A stretch of DNA of 64,000 bases from Octopus vulgaris (GCA_951406725.2 OX597815.1:94488001-94552000), one strand, 5' to 3'; positions 1 through 15,641 are shown, counted from the stretch's first letter. Notes: a model not told the origin generated them from the letters alone. Made by a program: numbers and translations.

Positions 1-540
1 TTTCTCTACGACTACTTTGAGGTGATGCCAAGGACATGTTTTCAAATGGTTATTGTGAATCCATATCATTATTCAACAAGGCCAACACCATAACCATTGT
101 TGGTGTCTACAGGTTTCCTCAAGCACCTCTAAAGTGCTTTGAAGAATATCTCAACAAAATCAAATCCTTCCTTCACAAATACAACTTCGGAAACATACTG
201 GTTGTGGGTGATTTTAAACCTGCCTTATATAAACTGGCCCACAAATACTCTGAAGTTAGGCAACTGCACTAAGAATTACTCTTTAATCAAATGGATGAAT
301 TTTTCCTGACACAACTAGTGCTCGACCCAACAAGACAGAATAAAAAGACCTTGGATCTAATATTAACAAACCACTCTTACTCCATTCACAGCATTCTTTT
401 CCCCTTGGGCTTAATAAATCATCATGTGTTTATATTATTCTTTAACAACTACGAAACACAGAGCAATGTCGTTGAAAATATATTAACTGATGAGCCCGAT
501 CCTGTGAGACACGTATTTTACTCTCTTTTGCTCACATGAT
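1..540 (+). pseudogene. Degenerate APE endonuclease fragment of a non-LTR retrotransposon (CR1/L2/Jockey-like)
   Basis: ORF 36..272 has IVGVYRFP and VVGDF. ORF 291..539 has PTR..KTLDLILTN. These are APE/EEP motifs split by a frameshift or stop. Confidence 0.7.
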
Positions 541-906
541 GTAAAATTTTATTTGAGGTTGAATATATATTTTGAGTGAATGTAATATAATATCAAAATG
601 TTTATAATGTCATCATTTTCCTTTGAAATAAATCTACTTACTAAAGATTTCATAGTTAAATGGAGAATCTTAAAGAAAACTACAAACTAACATAGATCTT
701 AAATGGAAATTAAATATCAATAGCATTTTCAATGAAATTAGTTTTGAGGTAAAAATACTGTATAATGGTTGTAATGATATGTGTGCTGATGTAGAATTAT
801 TTGAATTTGATGGCAACTTTGAAGCTTTTCAGAAATTATTGTACATTTTGTATAAAAATACTTTTAATTTAATGATTAGATTCTTTAATAATTAAATAAC
901 CGTAAG

Positions 907-1185
907 ACTTCTTCTTCTTCTTCTTCTTCTTCTCCTCCTCCTCCTCCTCCTCCCTCCTTCTTCTTTCTTCTTCTTCTTCTTCTTCTTCTTCTTCTTCTCC
1001 TCCTCCTCCTCCTCCTCCTCCTTCTTCTTCTTCTTCTTCTTCTTCTTCTTCTTCTTCTCCTCCTCCTCCTCCTTCTTCTTCTTCTTCTTCTTCTTCTTCT
1101 TCTTCTTCTTCTTCTTCTTCTTCTTCTTCTTCTTCTTCTTCTATTTTGCTGTTTTTGTTGTTGTTTTTGTTGTTGCCTTTGTTGC
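907..1185. repeat. (CTT)n/(CCT)n compound microsatellite followed by (GTT)-rich repeat
   Basis: Read directly; the poly-E ORF 869..1201 is an artefact of it. Confidence 0.95.
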
Positions 1186-1509
1186 TGTTCGCTGTTGGCA
1201 TCTTCCGAAGTGTTTTTGATATCGTTCTTCGCTGCTGGATCCTAGCAAGTTTAATTTGCTTGAACGAATGATAATTTGGATTATATTCATGCAGTAACTA
1301 TTTAAACGTTGGTGAGTCTGCTTAGACTGGGTCGAGGCGAAAAAAGTATGCTGTTTACTCATCTTTTTTTCCTATCTTGTTTACATAGAAGCATAAATTA
1401 GCGGAAGAGAACGTCCAGCAAGACAAACATACTCAGGGTGAACAGGTTGCACCTGAATTTAAACATCCAAAGAAAGAATTTGCATGCACTTTGGAAAGGG
1501 AAAACATTC

Positions 1510-1725
1510 TTTTCTACTCTAGGCACAAGGCTCGGATTTTTTTGCGTGGAGGGGGCTAGTCGATTAGATCGAACCCATTGCGCAACTGGTACTTAACTTT
1601 TCAAACCCGAAGGGGTGAAAGGCAAAGTCGACTCGGCGGAATTTGAACTCAGAATCTAAAGACAAATGAAATACTGCCATGCATTTCGCCCGGCGTGCTA
1701 AAGTTTCTGCCAGCTCGCCGCCTTG
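1510..1725 (-). mobile_element. SINE-like interspersed repeat, family B (head GGCGGCGAGCTGGCAGAAAC...)
   Basis: Clearly homologous to 56640-56875 (GAAAGGCAAAGTCGAC...GGCGGAATT.GAACTCAGAA...CATTTCGCCCG.CGTGCTAA.GTTTCTGCCAGCTC). B-box-like GAGTTCAAAT on the minus strand. Confidence 0.75.
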
Positions 1726-3099
1726 GAAAGGGGAAAATATTGTCATATTTGTGGAGGATAGTAATGGTGTTACACATGAAAAAATAAATAACAAGTAAAA
1801 CGAGATGCACATTCTCTCTCTCTCTTCCACCCACAAAGTTTGTCAAATGAAAATAAGTCTGTATTTCTTAACGATAGATATATAAGTGGAGAACAATTTA
1901 CTTTTTTTCAAACAGGCGATCTTTGGATGATTACACGAAAGAAAAACTGCAGGACAGCATTATGTGATGAAAAGGGATGCTTTTTAATCCGAAGCTATCG
2001 TATAGGCATGCGAAGGAAAGAAGGTAAGTCACCTGCGCATCGCTACTGCTACACAGGTTGTCCGTATGTCCTCTAAAGCATAACTGGAGGTTCTCGGATT
2101 TAAATCGACCACGAGCAGGGGAAGGCATATGATGCTATATGTTTTAGCCTTAAAACTGAGGAGAAAACGAGAAGACAAAGTCAGTGCGATACACGCCGAC
2201 TCGTAGTTTCATAGTATTTGAGATGAAGAAAGATGAAAGTCACCGTAAAAAATATTGATAACGGTTTTGATCCTTGACTTGTAGTCATTAAAACACAACG
2301 TGGGCAAGTAGTCAATGCTGACATCGATTTTGCAGATGTGTCATCGGATGGGATTTTCGTGTATATACAAGTTCGAGTGACATCTTCCACAAGACTACAA
2401 AACGATTTTCGAACTGTAGCTTGTAACGGGAAATGAGCAAAAAGACTTTACAATTAGTCGTTCAGTGTATAAATCAGAGATGCTACACATGTGGTAGCAG
2501 CCCTTAAAAGTAAAAATAACAAAACAACAAACCAAGAACAAAAACCATCAACAGTGATAGATTACTGTTCCTGGGTTACCACCTGGAGCCCTTCCAGAAA
2601 CGATAAAATACATGAGCAAATTTTCGGTTTCATTGGGCATCTCACAATATTGGCAATATTGAATAGGTACTCAACAAATCTCTGTATCTATAAAAACATT
2701 TGATAAAACATTTGCTAAAAAGAAAAAGATGATAATTAAATAAATACACACGTATACAAGCAGAAACATTAAAACTCTGAGAAGCACAAAAGTAAGATAA
2801 CGCACCAGCAGCACCACCACTTACCCCAACACCACTAAAACATCAACAACAACAACAACTATAACAACTCATCGTATGCTTGTGTAATGTACAAATACGT
2901 GATAGAGATATGAATCAACTTCAGACGAAAGAAAAAGAAGTACTACACAAAAGTGGGTGCATCACTATTCAAGAAATTTATCCAAGACAGCGAAAGTAAG
3001 ACAAGTGATATAATTCTGGCCGGTATGTAGTGGGATGTATGCCCTTCCCAAGAAAGAATATGGTACATATATGCTTATACATAAATATATACATACATA

Positions 3100-3330
<231 letters not shown>

Positions 3331-3828
3331 ACATTTCATCTTATGGTTCTCGACCATGTTTTGCCTATGGACCTCTTTGGTTCCTATTTTTCTTTACTGG
3401 ACTCCCATAGCCATTCGATGTTTAAATAAAACCCTGTTATGTTTATATGATTCAATATTATTAGGAATTGCATAATAAAAATCTTTAAATATTTTTTGTA
3501 TTGTAGAAATATAACCAGTTTATTGCACATAAATTTTACCAACAAAACCTTATATGTTATCCCTAAGGGCCATATGGACCCGGGTTGAGACATACTGATT
3601 TAATCGATAATCATTAACTTCTTCGTAGAGATGTTTAGTTATTGAGGGATTATGACCCATTCGTTGAGCCCATCAACTACTTATTGCCATGAACCCTCAA
3701 TAACTAAATTTCCCAAGCAAGAAACTAATGATTATGGATTAAATGATTAATAATTCTCATACTTACCTTTGTTAATTTTCTTCAAAATGAATAGACATAA
3801 CTTCTTTGAAATTGTCACTCTGGAAGGG

Positions 3829-3915
<87 letters not shown>

Positions 3916-4123
3916 ACATATACGCACACACATATATGTTTATATGTATGTATGCATGTATGTATGTATATTCTTTATTTGTGAATTAATGCCATTGTTT
4001 TCATGTTAAGAAGAGTAGGAAAATATCCAAGTATCTTAACAATTTTTCAAGCCGATCACATGGAGAGAGGCGTTCACCTACATTTTGCGGTGTTGAGCAC
4101 TCATTCCATCGTTCTACATTTAC

Positions 4124-4164
<41 letters not shown>

Positions 4165-4165
<1 letters not shown>

Positions 4166-4350
4166 GGAAAGTTTACGAAAATAAATTAAAGACGAAGACA
4201 GGTGGTGTACAAAACAAACAGTTGTATTAGTATAGCGCTCAGGAATAGAAAAAGTATTTTACGTTTCGAGCCTACGCTATTCTACAGAAAGGTACACAGA
4301 AAAAACCAGGAGAGAAAAAATGTGTGTAGTGGCTAACGATCTATCATGGC
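4165..4350 (-). repeat. Interspersed repeat containing a minimal hammerhead-like motif (probably Penelope pLTR-derived); second copy at 8940-9115 (+)
   Basis: 4165-4350 is the reverse complement of 8940-9115 (shared GACGAAGACAGGTGGTGTA, ACGTTTCGAGCCTACGC, GTGTAGTGGCTA). Confidence 0.65.
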
Positions 4351-5089
4351 GTCTGAGACATACATATATAAATATATATATATGACATGATATATAGCTA
4401 TATGCATATATACATACATTTATGTACATACCTACATCTATATGTATACATACATGCAAAAATGGGTACAAGACATAAAAAAAACGTTGCCCACAATGAG
4501 AAACGAAAACATAAAAATAAAAACATGGAAACGAACTTTTTTTCAAACAACGAAAAAAAATACAACACAAGGAATATTCCCCTTCTTCAGTCGTCCCTGT
4601 TTCATCTACTCCGCGTTAAGAAGGTAAGGACAAGACGCGACTAGTCCTTACCTTGATATAAATATAGATATTCGCTTTAAGCGTTAAGGACTTAGCGAAA
4701 ACCTTTTTTTACAATAGTAGACTCTGACTTCCCACGTCACCGTAAATACCATTCAGTCTTCAACAGATCTACTCTGAAATTATCCTACTTCTTTCCGCCC
4801 AATATAAAATCGATTGTTACCTCATCTAATAAGCGTAAGCTTAATTCCTACTACATAAACAACGCCTATAGGCAGAGCAGTCAAAATATATATAATCATA
4901 ACATAGGTCACTGCAGCGATAACACTAACACGGACCATGATAGCATATACTACACCCGTAACCCTAGCACTGCAACCAGCATAAACCATGATACGAATAT
5001 CCTCGCTTCCGAGGAAGGTCGAAGTACGCCTAAAACGAATGTTAATACTAATAGCACTACTATTGCTATTGCTAATGCTGCTGCTGCTG

Positions 5090-5166
<77 letters not shown>

Positions 5167-5205
5167 GTACCTTAATGTTGAGTGAAAATGTCTAATACAA
5201 ATATA

Positions 5206-8200
5206 TCAAATAATGGTGTTAATGAGGCTGGAACCAAAAGTGAAAGCCTTTCGCCCGGCAGTTACCCTGTGGTTGAGAAGCGCAGGCCTGGTTGTACACA
5301 AAACCAGAGGCAGAGAAAAAGGCGAGATAAGTAGGTAAACCGAACAGTAATTGAATGCTGGATCAGGAGTGAACCCAGTAGAAGGGGATTCCGACAAAAC
5401 TGAAAGCAAGATGGAATGAGGACTCTTCTAAACAAGTGAGGAACGGTTAACCGACCTGGCAAGAGCAGTAAGAGCAAAAGGGTGGTTAACAGACATGCAA
5501 ATAGAAAACATAAAAAGGAAAGTAGAAAGTAGAAATAATACTTCACCAACAGATAACGTGCCCAGTGAAAGCAGAAAAATGAAAGGCTATAGTGAAGAAG
5601 TAGAGCAAAGTTAAATGTAAATGCATTCTCAGCAAATGAAGCAGAAGTAATAAGAAGATCTATACCAAAAGAATACGATGATGACTAACAAGACATAGCG
5701 AGGACACTGTACCGATATATTCGAGAAGACCAGAATCAAGTATCCTCCAACCTGAGGTACATTGATCGACGAAAGATCAAATTTGAAATCGTAAAGATAG
5801 ATTCAATTCTCGGGCTATTCCAGACGAGAAATATAACTGAAACTATTTGGGCTGCAGTTATGGTTGCTGCAGATAGAGTTGGATACAAAACAAAAGAACA
5901 AAGAGAATGTAAAGAACCATACTGACGTAGACGAATTTGTGAGAAACAAAGAAAGTTAAAAAAGACATTTACAACAAGTTGATAGATTGAGAAGCGGGGA
6001 ATTGCAGAACGAAAGCATAAGAATAAAACTTAAAAGAACGTATGGAATAAGAGATAAAGGTTATGATGTGACTTTGGAAGAATTGAAACAAAGAGTAGTA
6101 GCAATCAAAGCAAAACTGGAAAGATATGACAGCAGAAAAAGATAGTTCAGGCAAAACAGATTGTTTGAAGCAAATCAGAAGAAACTGTTTCAGGAACTAG
6201 ATGAGCAAATACACGTAACAATGATACCAGATGCAGAGGAAAGCAAGTGATCTGGAGAGGAATATGGGACCAACCTGTAGAACATAATGATGAAGTGGAG
6301 TCATTGCACGAAATCCAGGATAGATTAAGAAATATAGAAATTCAAGAAGACATAAAGATAACTACATAAATTATAAAAAAGTATTTAAGAACATTCCCAA
6401 ATTGAAAGATCCCAGGACCGGATAGGGTCTAAGGTTATTGGATGAAGAAGCTGAGAGGGATCCTTGAAAGGATAGCCCAACAGCTACATGAGTGTTCGCA
6501 GGAAGGTGCAGTACCCAGCTGGATAATAAAGGAGAAGATATTGCTACGTTTCAAGGATCCTGGAAATGGAAATGTTGCATCCAACTTTAGACCAATAACA
6601 TGCCTTCCGCTAACGTGGAAACTAATGCCAGGTGCTTTAGCCGGTGAACTCTGCAGATACTTGGGAAAAAGTGGGCTGCTACTCTTTGAACAGAAAGGGT
6701 GGCGAAAAGGAGCCGGGGAGCGATGGTTCAGCTCTTAATTAATAATCTAATTATCAGGAATTGCAAGAGAAAACTTACAAGCCTGAGCATGGCATAGCTT
6801 GACTATCGCAAAGCATACGATATGCTACCACAATCCTGGATAATAAGAATAATGGAAATGGATGGAGTAGCAGACAATATGAGAAACATATGGAATAGCA
6901 TGAAATGCTGGAGAACGGAATTGACAGCAGGGAAGCAAGTATTAAGAGAGGTGAAAATAAAGAGAGGAATCTTCCAGTGGGACAATGTGTCCCTACTGAT
7001 ATTTGTGGTGGGAATGACCCCCTTGAGTGAAATACTACAGAAAACAATGTTGGGATATGATTTGGGAAGAAGTAAGGGAAAACTAAACCACATGGACGAT
7101 CTGAAGCTCTTCACAAAATATGAGGCAGAACTGGACAGCTTAATCCAGTCTATGCGGATTTTCTCCAATGATATTCAGACGGAGTTTGTACTCTCAAAAT
7201 GTGCTAAGATGATGATGAGACGAGGAAAACTTGCCAGGACAGAAGGCATATGGATACCATGTGGTGAAATGATGTAAGTAATTTAACCTCAATCCAGCTA
7301 TAAATACTTGAAAATACTTGAGGCAGATGGAATCAAACACAATGACATGAAGGAAAAGACAAAATGAGAGCGCCTGCGGTGAATGAGAAAATATTGACTT
7401 CAAAGCTCAATGCTAGAAACATAATGTCGGCAATAAACTAGCGCAAAGTCGCTGTGGTTCAGTATGATACTAGAATCTAGGAGTGGACAGAGGAGGAGCT
7501 AAAGGAAATGAACAGGAAGTCAAGAAAGCTCCTAACGATGCATGGAGTACATCATCCACGAGCAGACATTGATCACGTATACATGAAGAGAGCAAATGGA
7601 GGAATGGGACTGATGAGTTTGGAAGACTGAGTACGTATCGAGAGCTTAATGAGATACATAGTCCAGAGTAAGGAAGCCTTGTTAGTGATAGTTAGGAAGG
7701 AGGGAATATTGAGAGCAGAAAAAAAGGGAAAGCAAAGGAAGAAGTACAAAAGGGACATGAAGAAGAATTACGCAACACGGGACTACACAATTAATTCCAT
7801 GTAGCCACAACAGAAATTGCTGGAAAAAATAGCTAGAAATAGCTGATGAAAGGAACCCTGAAAAAGAGACTGAGAGTTCTATACTGGCGGCGCAGGACCA
7901 AGATTTGGCTACGACCTGGAGGGTCAACCTTAGGAATGAGCAAGTGTCTCTGCTTTACCGCATCTGCAATAGAGTTGATGAAACCTTCACCCACATCACG
8001 AACGAATGCCCTAGACTTGCCCCAACACGACCAGTTACCGAAAGTGCTTCGTAGGAAACTGTCCGAAAAGTGGGGCTAGAGAGAGGCAAGACGTGGTATG
8101 AGCACAAACCGCTGAGACTGGCAGAGTCAGAAACTAGCAAAACCTATGGGATACCGGACCTACTGGTGGTTTACAAGGTGCACTATATATGCTATATAGT

Positions 8201-8553
8201 TCATGTTGCATGCCCCTTTAACCCACGAATAGTCAAGAGGGAAAGCGAAAAAGTAGATAGACACAACCCTCTTAAGTACAAAATAGCTCGGCTATGGAAA
8301 ATGAAGAAGATAGTGCCAATTATTGTTGGGTCCTTGGGAACAGTATCAGAAGACATCAAGAGAACTATAAAGGAAATAGAGCGCCCAGTAGAACTGTTAC
8401 AAAAGGTTTGTATATTTGGCAGGGCCAGAATAACCAGGAAAGTATTAGCTGAAAGAATGGATTGCATGGTGCCGTAGGCTGCAGGTAGTTAGCCCGCTGC
8501 ACATGCAAGACTCCAGTGGCTCCAATAAAACTTGTGATAAAGACAAAATAGTA

Positions 8554-8555
<2 letters not shown>
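5206..8555 (+). mobile_element. Degenerate non-LTR retrotransposon with RT, CCHC and restriction-like endonuclease (R4/Dong-like)
   Basis: Motifs in order across frames: PGPD (~6411), NFRPITCL and EQKG (ORF 6442), DYRKAYD (~6801), GIFQ.D and HMDDLKLF (ORF 6822), YKYL (~7299), GGMGL (~7598), RICNRVDETFTHITNEC (~7959), PD...VACPF and VPIIVGSLG (ORF 8070). Many stops and frameshifts. The 3' end runs into (TAA)n. Confidence 0.85.
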
Positions 8556-8602
<47 letters not shown>

Positions 8603-8655
8603 TAATAACAATAACAACAACAATAACAACAACGACAATAGTAATAATAATAATA
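8553..8655. repeat. (TAA)n/(CAA)n microsatellite at the 3' end of the R4-like element
   Basis: Read directly. Confidence 0.9.
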
Positions 8656-9118
8656 CAAGCCAATCACCTAATGCCACCCAAAACTTTAACTAGTCCTTAA
8701 ATAGTACAAAATCATCCCTTTCCACAACTAACCCTCGTAAGATAGATAGCTGCAGCTATCGGTCTAGGACGGAATACCTGTTGCAAGCCCATTGCACAAG
8801 GTTCAACGTGGTATATAAATGTATTGCCCGCAAGATATTGCACGCGCACCTTCGTTTTGGGATCACCACTACTTTATTAGCTCCTCTTCTTCCTAGCTCT
8901 CTTGTGTGACCCCTCTATCCTGCATTTGCCATTATAGATTGCTAGCCACTACACATTATTTATTTTCTCTTCTTTCTTACTGTGTTCCTTTGTGTGGAAG
9001 TGCGTAGGCTCGAAACGTTAAAGACTTCTTCACTTCCCGAGCGTTAAACTAATACATCTGTTTGTTGTCTACACCACCTGTCTTCGTTTTTTGTTTCTTT
9101 TTGTGAATTCTCCCCTAT

Positions 9119-9150
<32 letters not shown>

Positions 9151-9194
9151 GTATGTATGTATATATATATATTTTTTTACTCTTTTACTCTTAC

Positions 9195-9240
<46 letters not shown>

Positions 9241-9257
9241 CTATATATATATATATA

Positions 9258-9670
9258 GGCGCAGGAGTGGCTGTGTGGTAAGTAGCTTGCTTACCAACCA
9301 CATGGTCCCGGGTTCATTCTCACTGCATGGCACCTTGGGCAAGTGTTTTCTACTATAGGCACGGGCCGACCAAAGCCTTATGAGTGGATTTGGTAGACGG
9401 AAACTGAAAGAAGCCCGTCGTATATATCTGTATATATATATGTGTGTGTGTATGTATTTGTGTGTGTCGGTGTTTGTCCCCCCAACATCGCTTCACAACC
9501 GATGCTGGTGTGTTTACGTCTCCGTAACTTAGCGGTTCGGCAAAAAATACCGATATAATAAGTACTAAGCTTACAAAGAATAAGTCCAGGGGTCGATTTG
9601 CTCGACAAAAGGCGGTGCTCCAGCATGGCCGCAGTCAAATAACTGAAACAAAAAAAGAAAAGAAAAAATA
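9258..9670 (+). mobile_element. tRNA-derived SINE, family A, full length, with central (TA/TG)n and a CR1-like 3' tail
   Basis: Head GGCGCAGGAGTGGCTGTGTGG (A-box-like) ... GGTTCATTC (B-box-like). Many homologous copies in the window. A-rich tail. Confidence 0.85.
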
Positions 9671-10798
9671 CAAGAAAGCCTAATGATGAGAATTCTCTAA
9701 AACTTCTTTAGGGACACACGGTTTTCACAATGAATTCCAATTTAATCGGAATCTACACGATCTGAAGCATATTTGTGGAAAAGAAATATCTAATTTTCTC
9801 AAGGTTATGAAGAAACAAGTCTTTGTGGCACAATTGTGTAGATATGCCGAAATATATATATACATATATATATGTACAAGGATGGGTACTACGGATCTAC
9901 CTTTCTTAAGTAGTACCCAAGGATGTACTACTTTTAACCCCATAAAAATGTATGTGTGTGTATATATTTGTATGTCTGTATGCATTTATACATGTATATG
10001 TATAAGTTCTAGAAGATATTATAATAATGGAATAAAAGTCACTCATAATAAGTGATTTCCCAGAAATCTATTTCCTTAATTTTTATCTACTGTTTCTGAC
10101 ACACATATTTACGCAATTTTAATTTTAAAGTATTTAAAAATAATTATTTGGAAATTATAAAGAGAAACGAGTGGTAGTTTCGGACTGTCCACGAATGAAA
10201 AAAAACATATTGGGTGTGTTTGTGGGGATGGGAGGGGGGGCATGGTTAGATTAAAAAAAATTCTTTTTGCATAATAGTATCAATTCCATTATGCAGAAGA
10301 CAGAATCGAAAGAATTTTGTAAAAATTTGTAAAAATAAAATGTTATGAGGGGGTTTTAGCACGTGCTTATATCATAATTCCGCCATATATGTATACATAA
10401 GATACGTAAATCTCATGGTGTATCTACTTCCACGTCATTGGTCCTATCCCAGTTACTAAGATCTCATCTAGCTGAGTATACTGACCTGGAAAATGTCTCC
10501 CTCTTTGCTACTGTTCGCCTAGTTGCTTTCTACTCTTAAATGCAGTTGATCCCGCTTAGCCTTTGCTACTCCACTGCTTATTGACCGTAAAACATTCCCA
10601 ATCTGTATTCAATCAGCGACTCAGTGTTTGATTTTTTCTTGCCAACCGCTTGCTGTCCTTGTTTTATATATTTTACTGTTATTCCATTTAAATCGTTGAG
10701 ACTATCACACTTACCGGAACTCATAAAACTAAGTTTGTTTATAAAACTTTTGATCTGTTTATATAGGCGAACAGTAGCGTGATTTCATCCAAAAAGTT

Positions 10799-11047
10799 AT
10801 GGCATCGTCGATTAAGAAAAAATCCAGACGATACAATGTCGTGTATTTGCGGCTTGGATTCATCTCATCACCGTCAAATCATCTGTCACCAAAGTGTTTA
10901 GTTTGCAAGGTGTCTTTTTCTAACGAGGCGATGGAACCATCACGTTTGAAAAGGCACTTCGATTTGAAGCATCCCGATAAGAAAGATAAGGACTTAGAGT
11001 ACTTTACATCTCCGAAAAAGATTATTTGGACAAAACAACGCTTTTAA
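10799..11047 (+). pseudogene. N-terminal zinc-finger fragment of a hAT (Charlie/Buster, ZBED5-like) transposase
   Basis: RRYN..YLRLGF...PKCLVCK..FSNEAMEPSRLKRHF..KHP is the characteristic Buster/Charlie N-terminus. Truncated. Confidence 0.8.
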
Positions 11048-11517
11048 GTTCAGCTTCGTTCTGAACTTAGTACCCTAATTAATTTAGGGACTCTACTATA
11101 AAATATTTATAATCGAACTTGAAGTATTTGAAAACTGTGGAAGAAATTGTTTATATGCACTCTTTTTGTATTCTTTTAGCTGTTTCAGTTATTGACCTGT
11201 AGTCATGTTGGGCCACCAGTATCAATTGTTTAATTGATCATATCAGTGCCACTATTTATTTTAAAGTCTAGTATTTATCTTATCTCACCTTATTTGTTGA
11301 ATTAAGTTACTGCGCACAAACAAATTTCACCCACTAAATTTAACTCAGTAGGCATCAGTCGAATCGTAGCTATAGTAGAAGATATTTATCCAAGGCGTTA
11401 TTTAGTGAGATGCAACTCAGAGATATACGTAGCTGCGAAGCAAATTTTTATTAGCTATATAGCTATATAATATATAAATGTCTAAGATAGACACAAAGTC
11501 ACCAATTCTGAGTGAAG

Positions 11518-11600
11518 GTATAATCGAATATAACGATTATAGTCGGATATAACGACTATAGTCGAATATATCAGCAATAATCGAATATACCGACAATAGT
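11518..11600. repeat. Short minisatellite, ~19-bp unit (TATAGTCGAATATAACGA.), about 4 degenerate copies
   Basis: Recurring ATAGTCG(A/G)ATATA(A/T/C)C. Confidence 0.7.
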
Positions 11601-11847
11601 TGAGACCCCACCCCACCAAAAATAGCATAAAAAGTAAGTCGACTGTGGCGGATTTGAACTCTAGGTAGTAAACCAGAAATTAATTACCACAATGATTTAT
11701 GCAAATCCATTGCGTTTCTATCAATATTAGAGATCGATATTTTGATGCGTGTTTTCATGATACAAAATTCTTAAGATCACAAATTAGCAAATTTTGTTTC
11801 TTATCAGAATTTGTTTACGTAAACAAATTATAAACTCTCTCTCTTTC

Positions 11848-11893
<46 letters not shown>

Positions 11894-12499
11894 ACACACA
11901 CACAAGAGAGTAAAAATATAATTTCTTTCATGAAGTGATGAAAGGGCTGGAAATGGGGCAAATACACATTTAAATTCATAAACATAACTTTCACATTACT
12001 GTTTATTTCTTTCTCATTTAGCAAGAAATATATTTTCAATTAGGCCGGTACCCTGCAGTTTCCAATTATGTATTTCTAAGTTATAAAATAAAATCGCAAT
12101 GAGAGTGACTGCGTTCTTTACGCATCATTTGATCGATTAAATAAATGCCACTTAAGTACTGTGTTCAATTTTATTCACTGTGCTCGCCCCTTCAAACCTT
12201 TGTGAACTTTTGCCTGTTAGAAATCAATATTTTAATTAAATATGAATTATATTTGGTAACAAGCTTTCACCTCTTCAGTTTAATTTCCTGCTGTTGTTAA
12301 ATCTCTTAGCTGCCTGAATGTGATTTAATTAAATAAGTTTGCATGCCAAGGAGCACTCAATGAAAGGGCAATTACACAACTGTAAACTGTACTGCAAACT
12401 AAACAGAATTTATGGTTTCGATTCCCCATAAATCCGTGACAAATTATCAACATTTGTGAATTATGCATACACACACACACACACACACATGCACACACA

Positions 12500-12564
<65 letters not shown>

Positions 12565-12964
12565 TAATAACACCTATAAGGAAATGATTTTTCCATTCAC
12601 CAAAGTGAATGGAGCCTTGGTCAAGAGGAACTGATGTCGTCAGACGGTATCCAACGTTCATCGGGTGTCTTGACCCTGAACCGTAACCCCTTCCCGTTGG
12701 TGGGTCAGCAGAGGTGGCCAAGTCACTGCTCCTCATTTCCTCTTGGCTTCTAGCTTGATACAAAACAAACAAGAGGCTCTTTCAGCTGCCTTTCCAATTT
12801 TGCGTGCAGCCACCCTTCGCTCCTTACCTCTCATTCCAATTACCTGGCTTAAGAAAAAGAAAATAAGTCCTGGGAGCGATTTGTTCGACTAAAACCCTTC
12901 AAAGTGGTGCCCTAGCATTGCCTCTGTCAAACAAGTAAATATATAAATATGTATAAAATGAGGT

Positions 12965-14062
<1,098 letters not shown>

Positions 14063-14830
14063 TCATTCACTTGGTAGATATTGTGATATGTAAATTTTCA
14101 CCAGCAAACCTTGAACATTGTTACAAAAAACAAAACCACTTTCCTCTGAGAAGAACAGCAGCAAATCTCTTTCTCTATTGCGATAGTATGTGATTTTGGT
14201 TTCCGGATGCAATAAATTAGTCTCTACTAGTCTAGACACTAACAATTCTGCTGATTTATTTGGAAGATATAGCTCTCTAACGAAGTCATTGAGCCCCGGC
14301 TGATTAAAAATTTGTGCCACTGATGAGGCCTCTTCAAACTCACCGGCATCATGTCTGCTATTTGCAGGCGAAGAACAGTATTCATCTTCTTCAGGGAGCT
14401 CTTCTAGATTAATGAATGATGGGACTGGTGTTTCATCTGAGTGTATAATAGGTCGTTTTTCCGAGTCTAAGTCAGGATACATCCATTTGCTCCTATTACG
14501 TCCATTAATGCTAGATATGTTAACCAGACAAGAAACAATCTTCAATGTGATTCCTCTGTTCTCTCTATACCATAAGTATACCAAATTTCAGACATTTCCT
14601 CGTACCATTTGTCCACTGCCGAAGGTGTTCAATACAAGTTTCACAGACAATGTGTGGAGCCCATGTTTTATCTTGGACCCTTAGTTTTATTATCAAATAG
14701 CTTAAGTATGCCCTCTTCACAAAATCAAAAATAGATTATCTTTGTTCCCTGAATGTATATTCAAGTATTTGTCAAATATATTACAGACAATATTTAATTC
14801 TAAAATTTCCTTGTCGCTGGCCTATCCCAG
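14063..14830 (-). pseudogene. DNA transposase remnant, probably Chapaev3/CMC-like
   Basis: QDKTWAPHIVCETC (~14680-14635), then FNQPGLNDFVRELYLPNKSAELLVSRL..TNLLHPETKITYYRNRE (ORF 14063..14584). Superfamily assigned from memory of the motifs, not from a search. Confidence 0.6.
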
Positions 14831-15591
14831 ATTCATGTGTGGGCAGCTGTACATTATCTCAAATGGAAGAGCTGCTAGAAAGAAATGAAGAACATATTCT
14901 TATTCGAAGGATTGAATATACGTAAAATCGGGTCTAAAATCTGAGGCACCAAAATATGTTTTTCATTTGTTCCCCATTGTAATAGTAGTTAGCAGTTCCA
15001 TTGTTGAAGTATCAAGGAATAACCCTGGTAAATGATAATAGTAGTTATCGTAAAGGATAATAGTAGTTAAAAACAATTATCCTTTTACAAAAGATATCCT
15101 TAATTCTGCATTCATGGAGCTAACTATTATCATCTTTTACTTTGCATGATGCTTAACTACTAATATCCTTGATTAAAGATATTCTTTCATTCTCACTCTC
15201 CGGAAACGGTATAGTTAGCTTCCGTGGAAGGTTCAGATACTCTAGAAACGACTGTAGAAACAACTGCAGCTGTGTTCATTCTATGTTTTAGGTATAGTTG
15301 GGCTACAGTATATTATGATAGTAAGATGCAATTTTAGAAAGATTTGGATGCTATTTCTATCTTGTATTATCAAGTCGGAACGTCTTCATTCGCTTGATAT
15401 TATGGTTGAACATTCACTACCCAAAGACTCAAAAACAATGTATTATTAATAATTGTTTAATTATATGAAATTGTAGGTTGAGAGCGTGGCTGCAGCTATT
15501 TCTAGCTGTAGTATTTCTCAAACGATTCATTGGCAAATCTAAATACCACCAACAGTCTGTTGTACTTTGGCGCGCAACGTGATGAATTTTG

Positions 15592-15641
<50 letters not shown>

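Noticed and set aside
869-1201. Poly-Glu ORF and the many YI/CV/HT/LS-repeat ORFs across the window
   Set aside because: They are translations of microsatellites with no coding signature.
10799-11047. Domesticated ZBED5/SCAND3-like host gene
   Set aside because: Only 82 aa, and it ends abruptly with no downstream transposase core.
12580-12850. GC-richer block that may be a LINE 5' UTR or an exon
   Set aside because: No motif, second copy or splice pattern that I could support.
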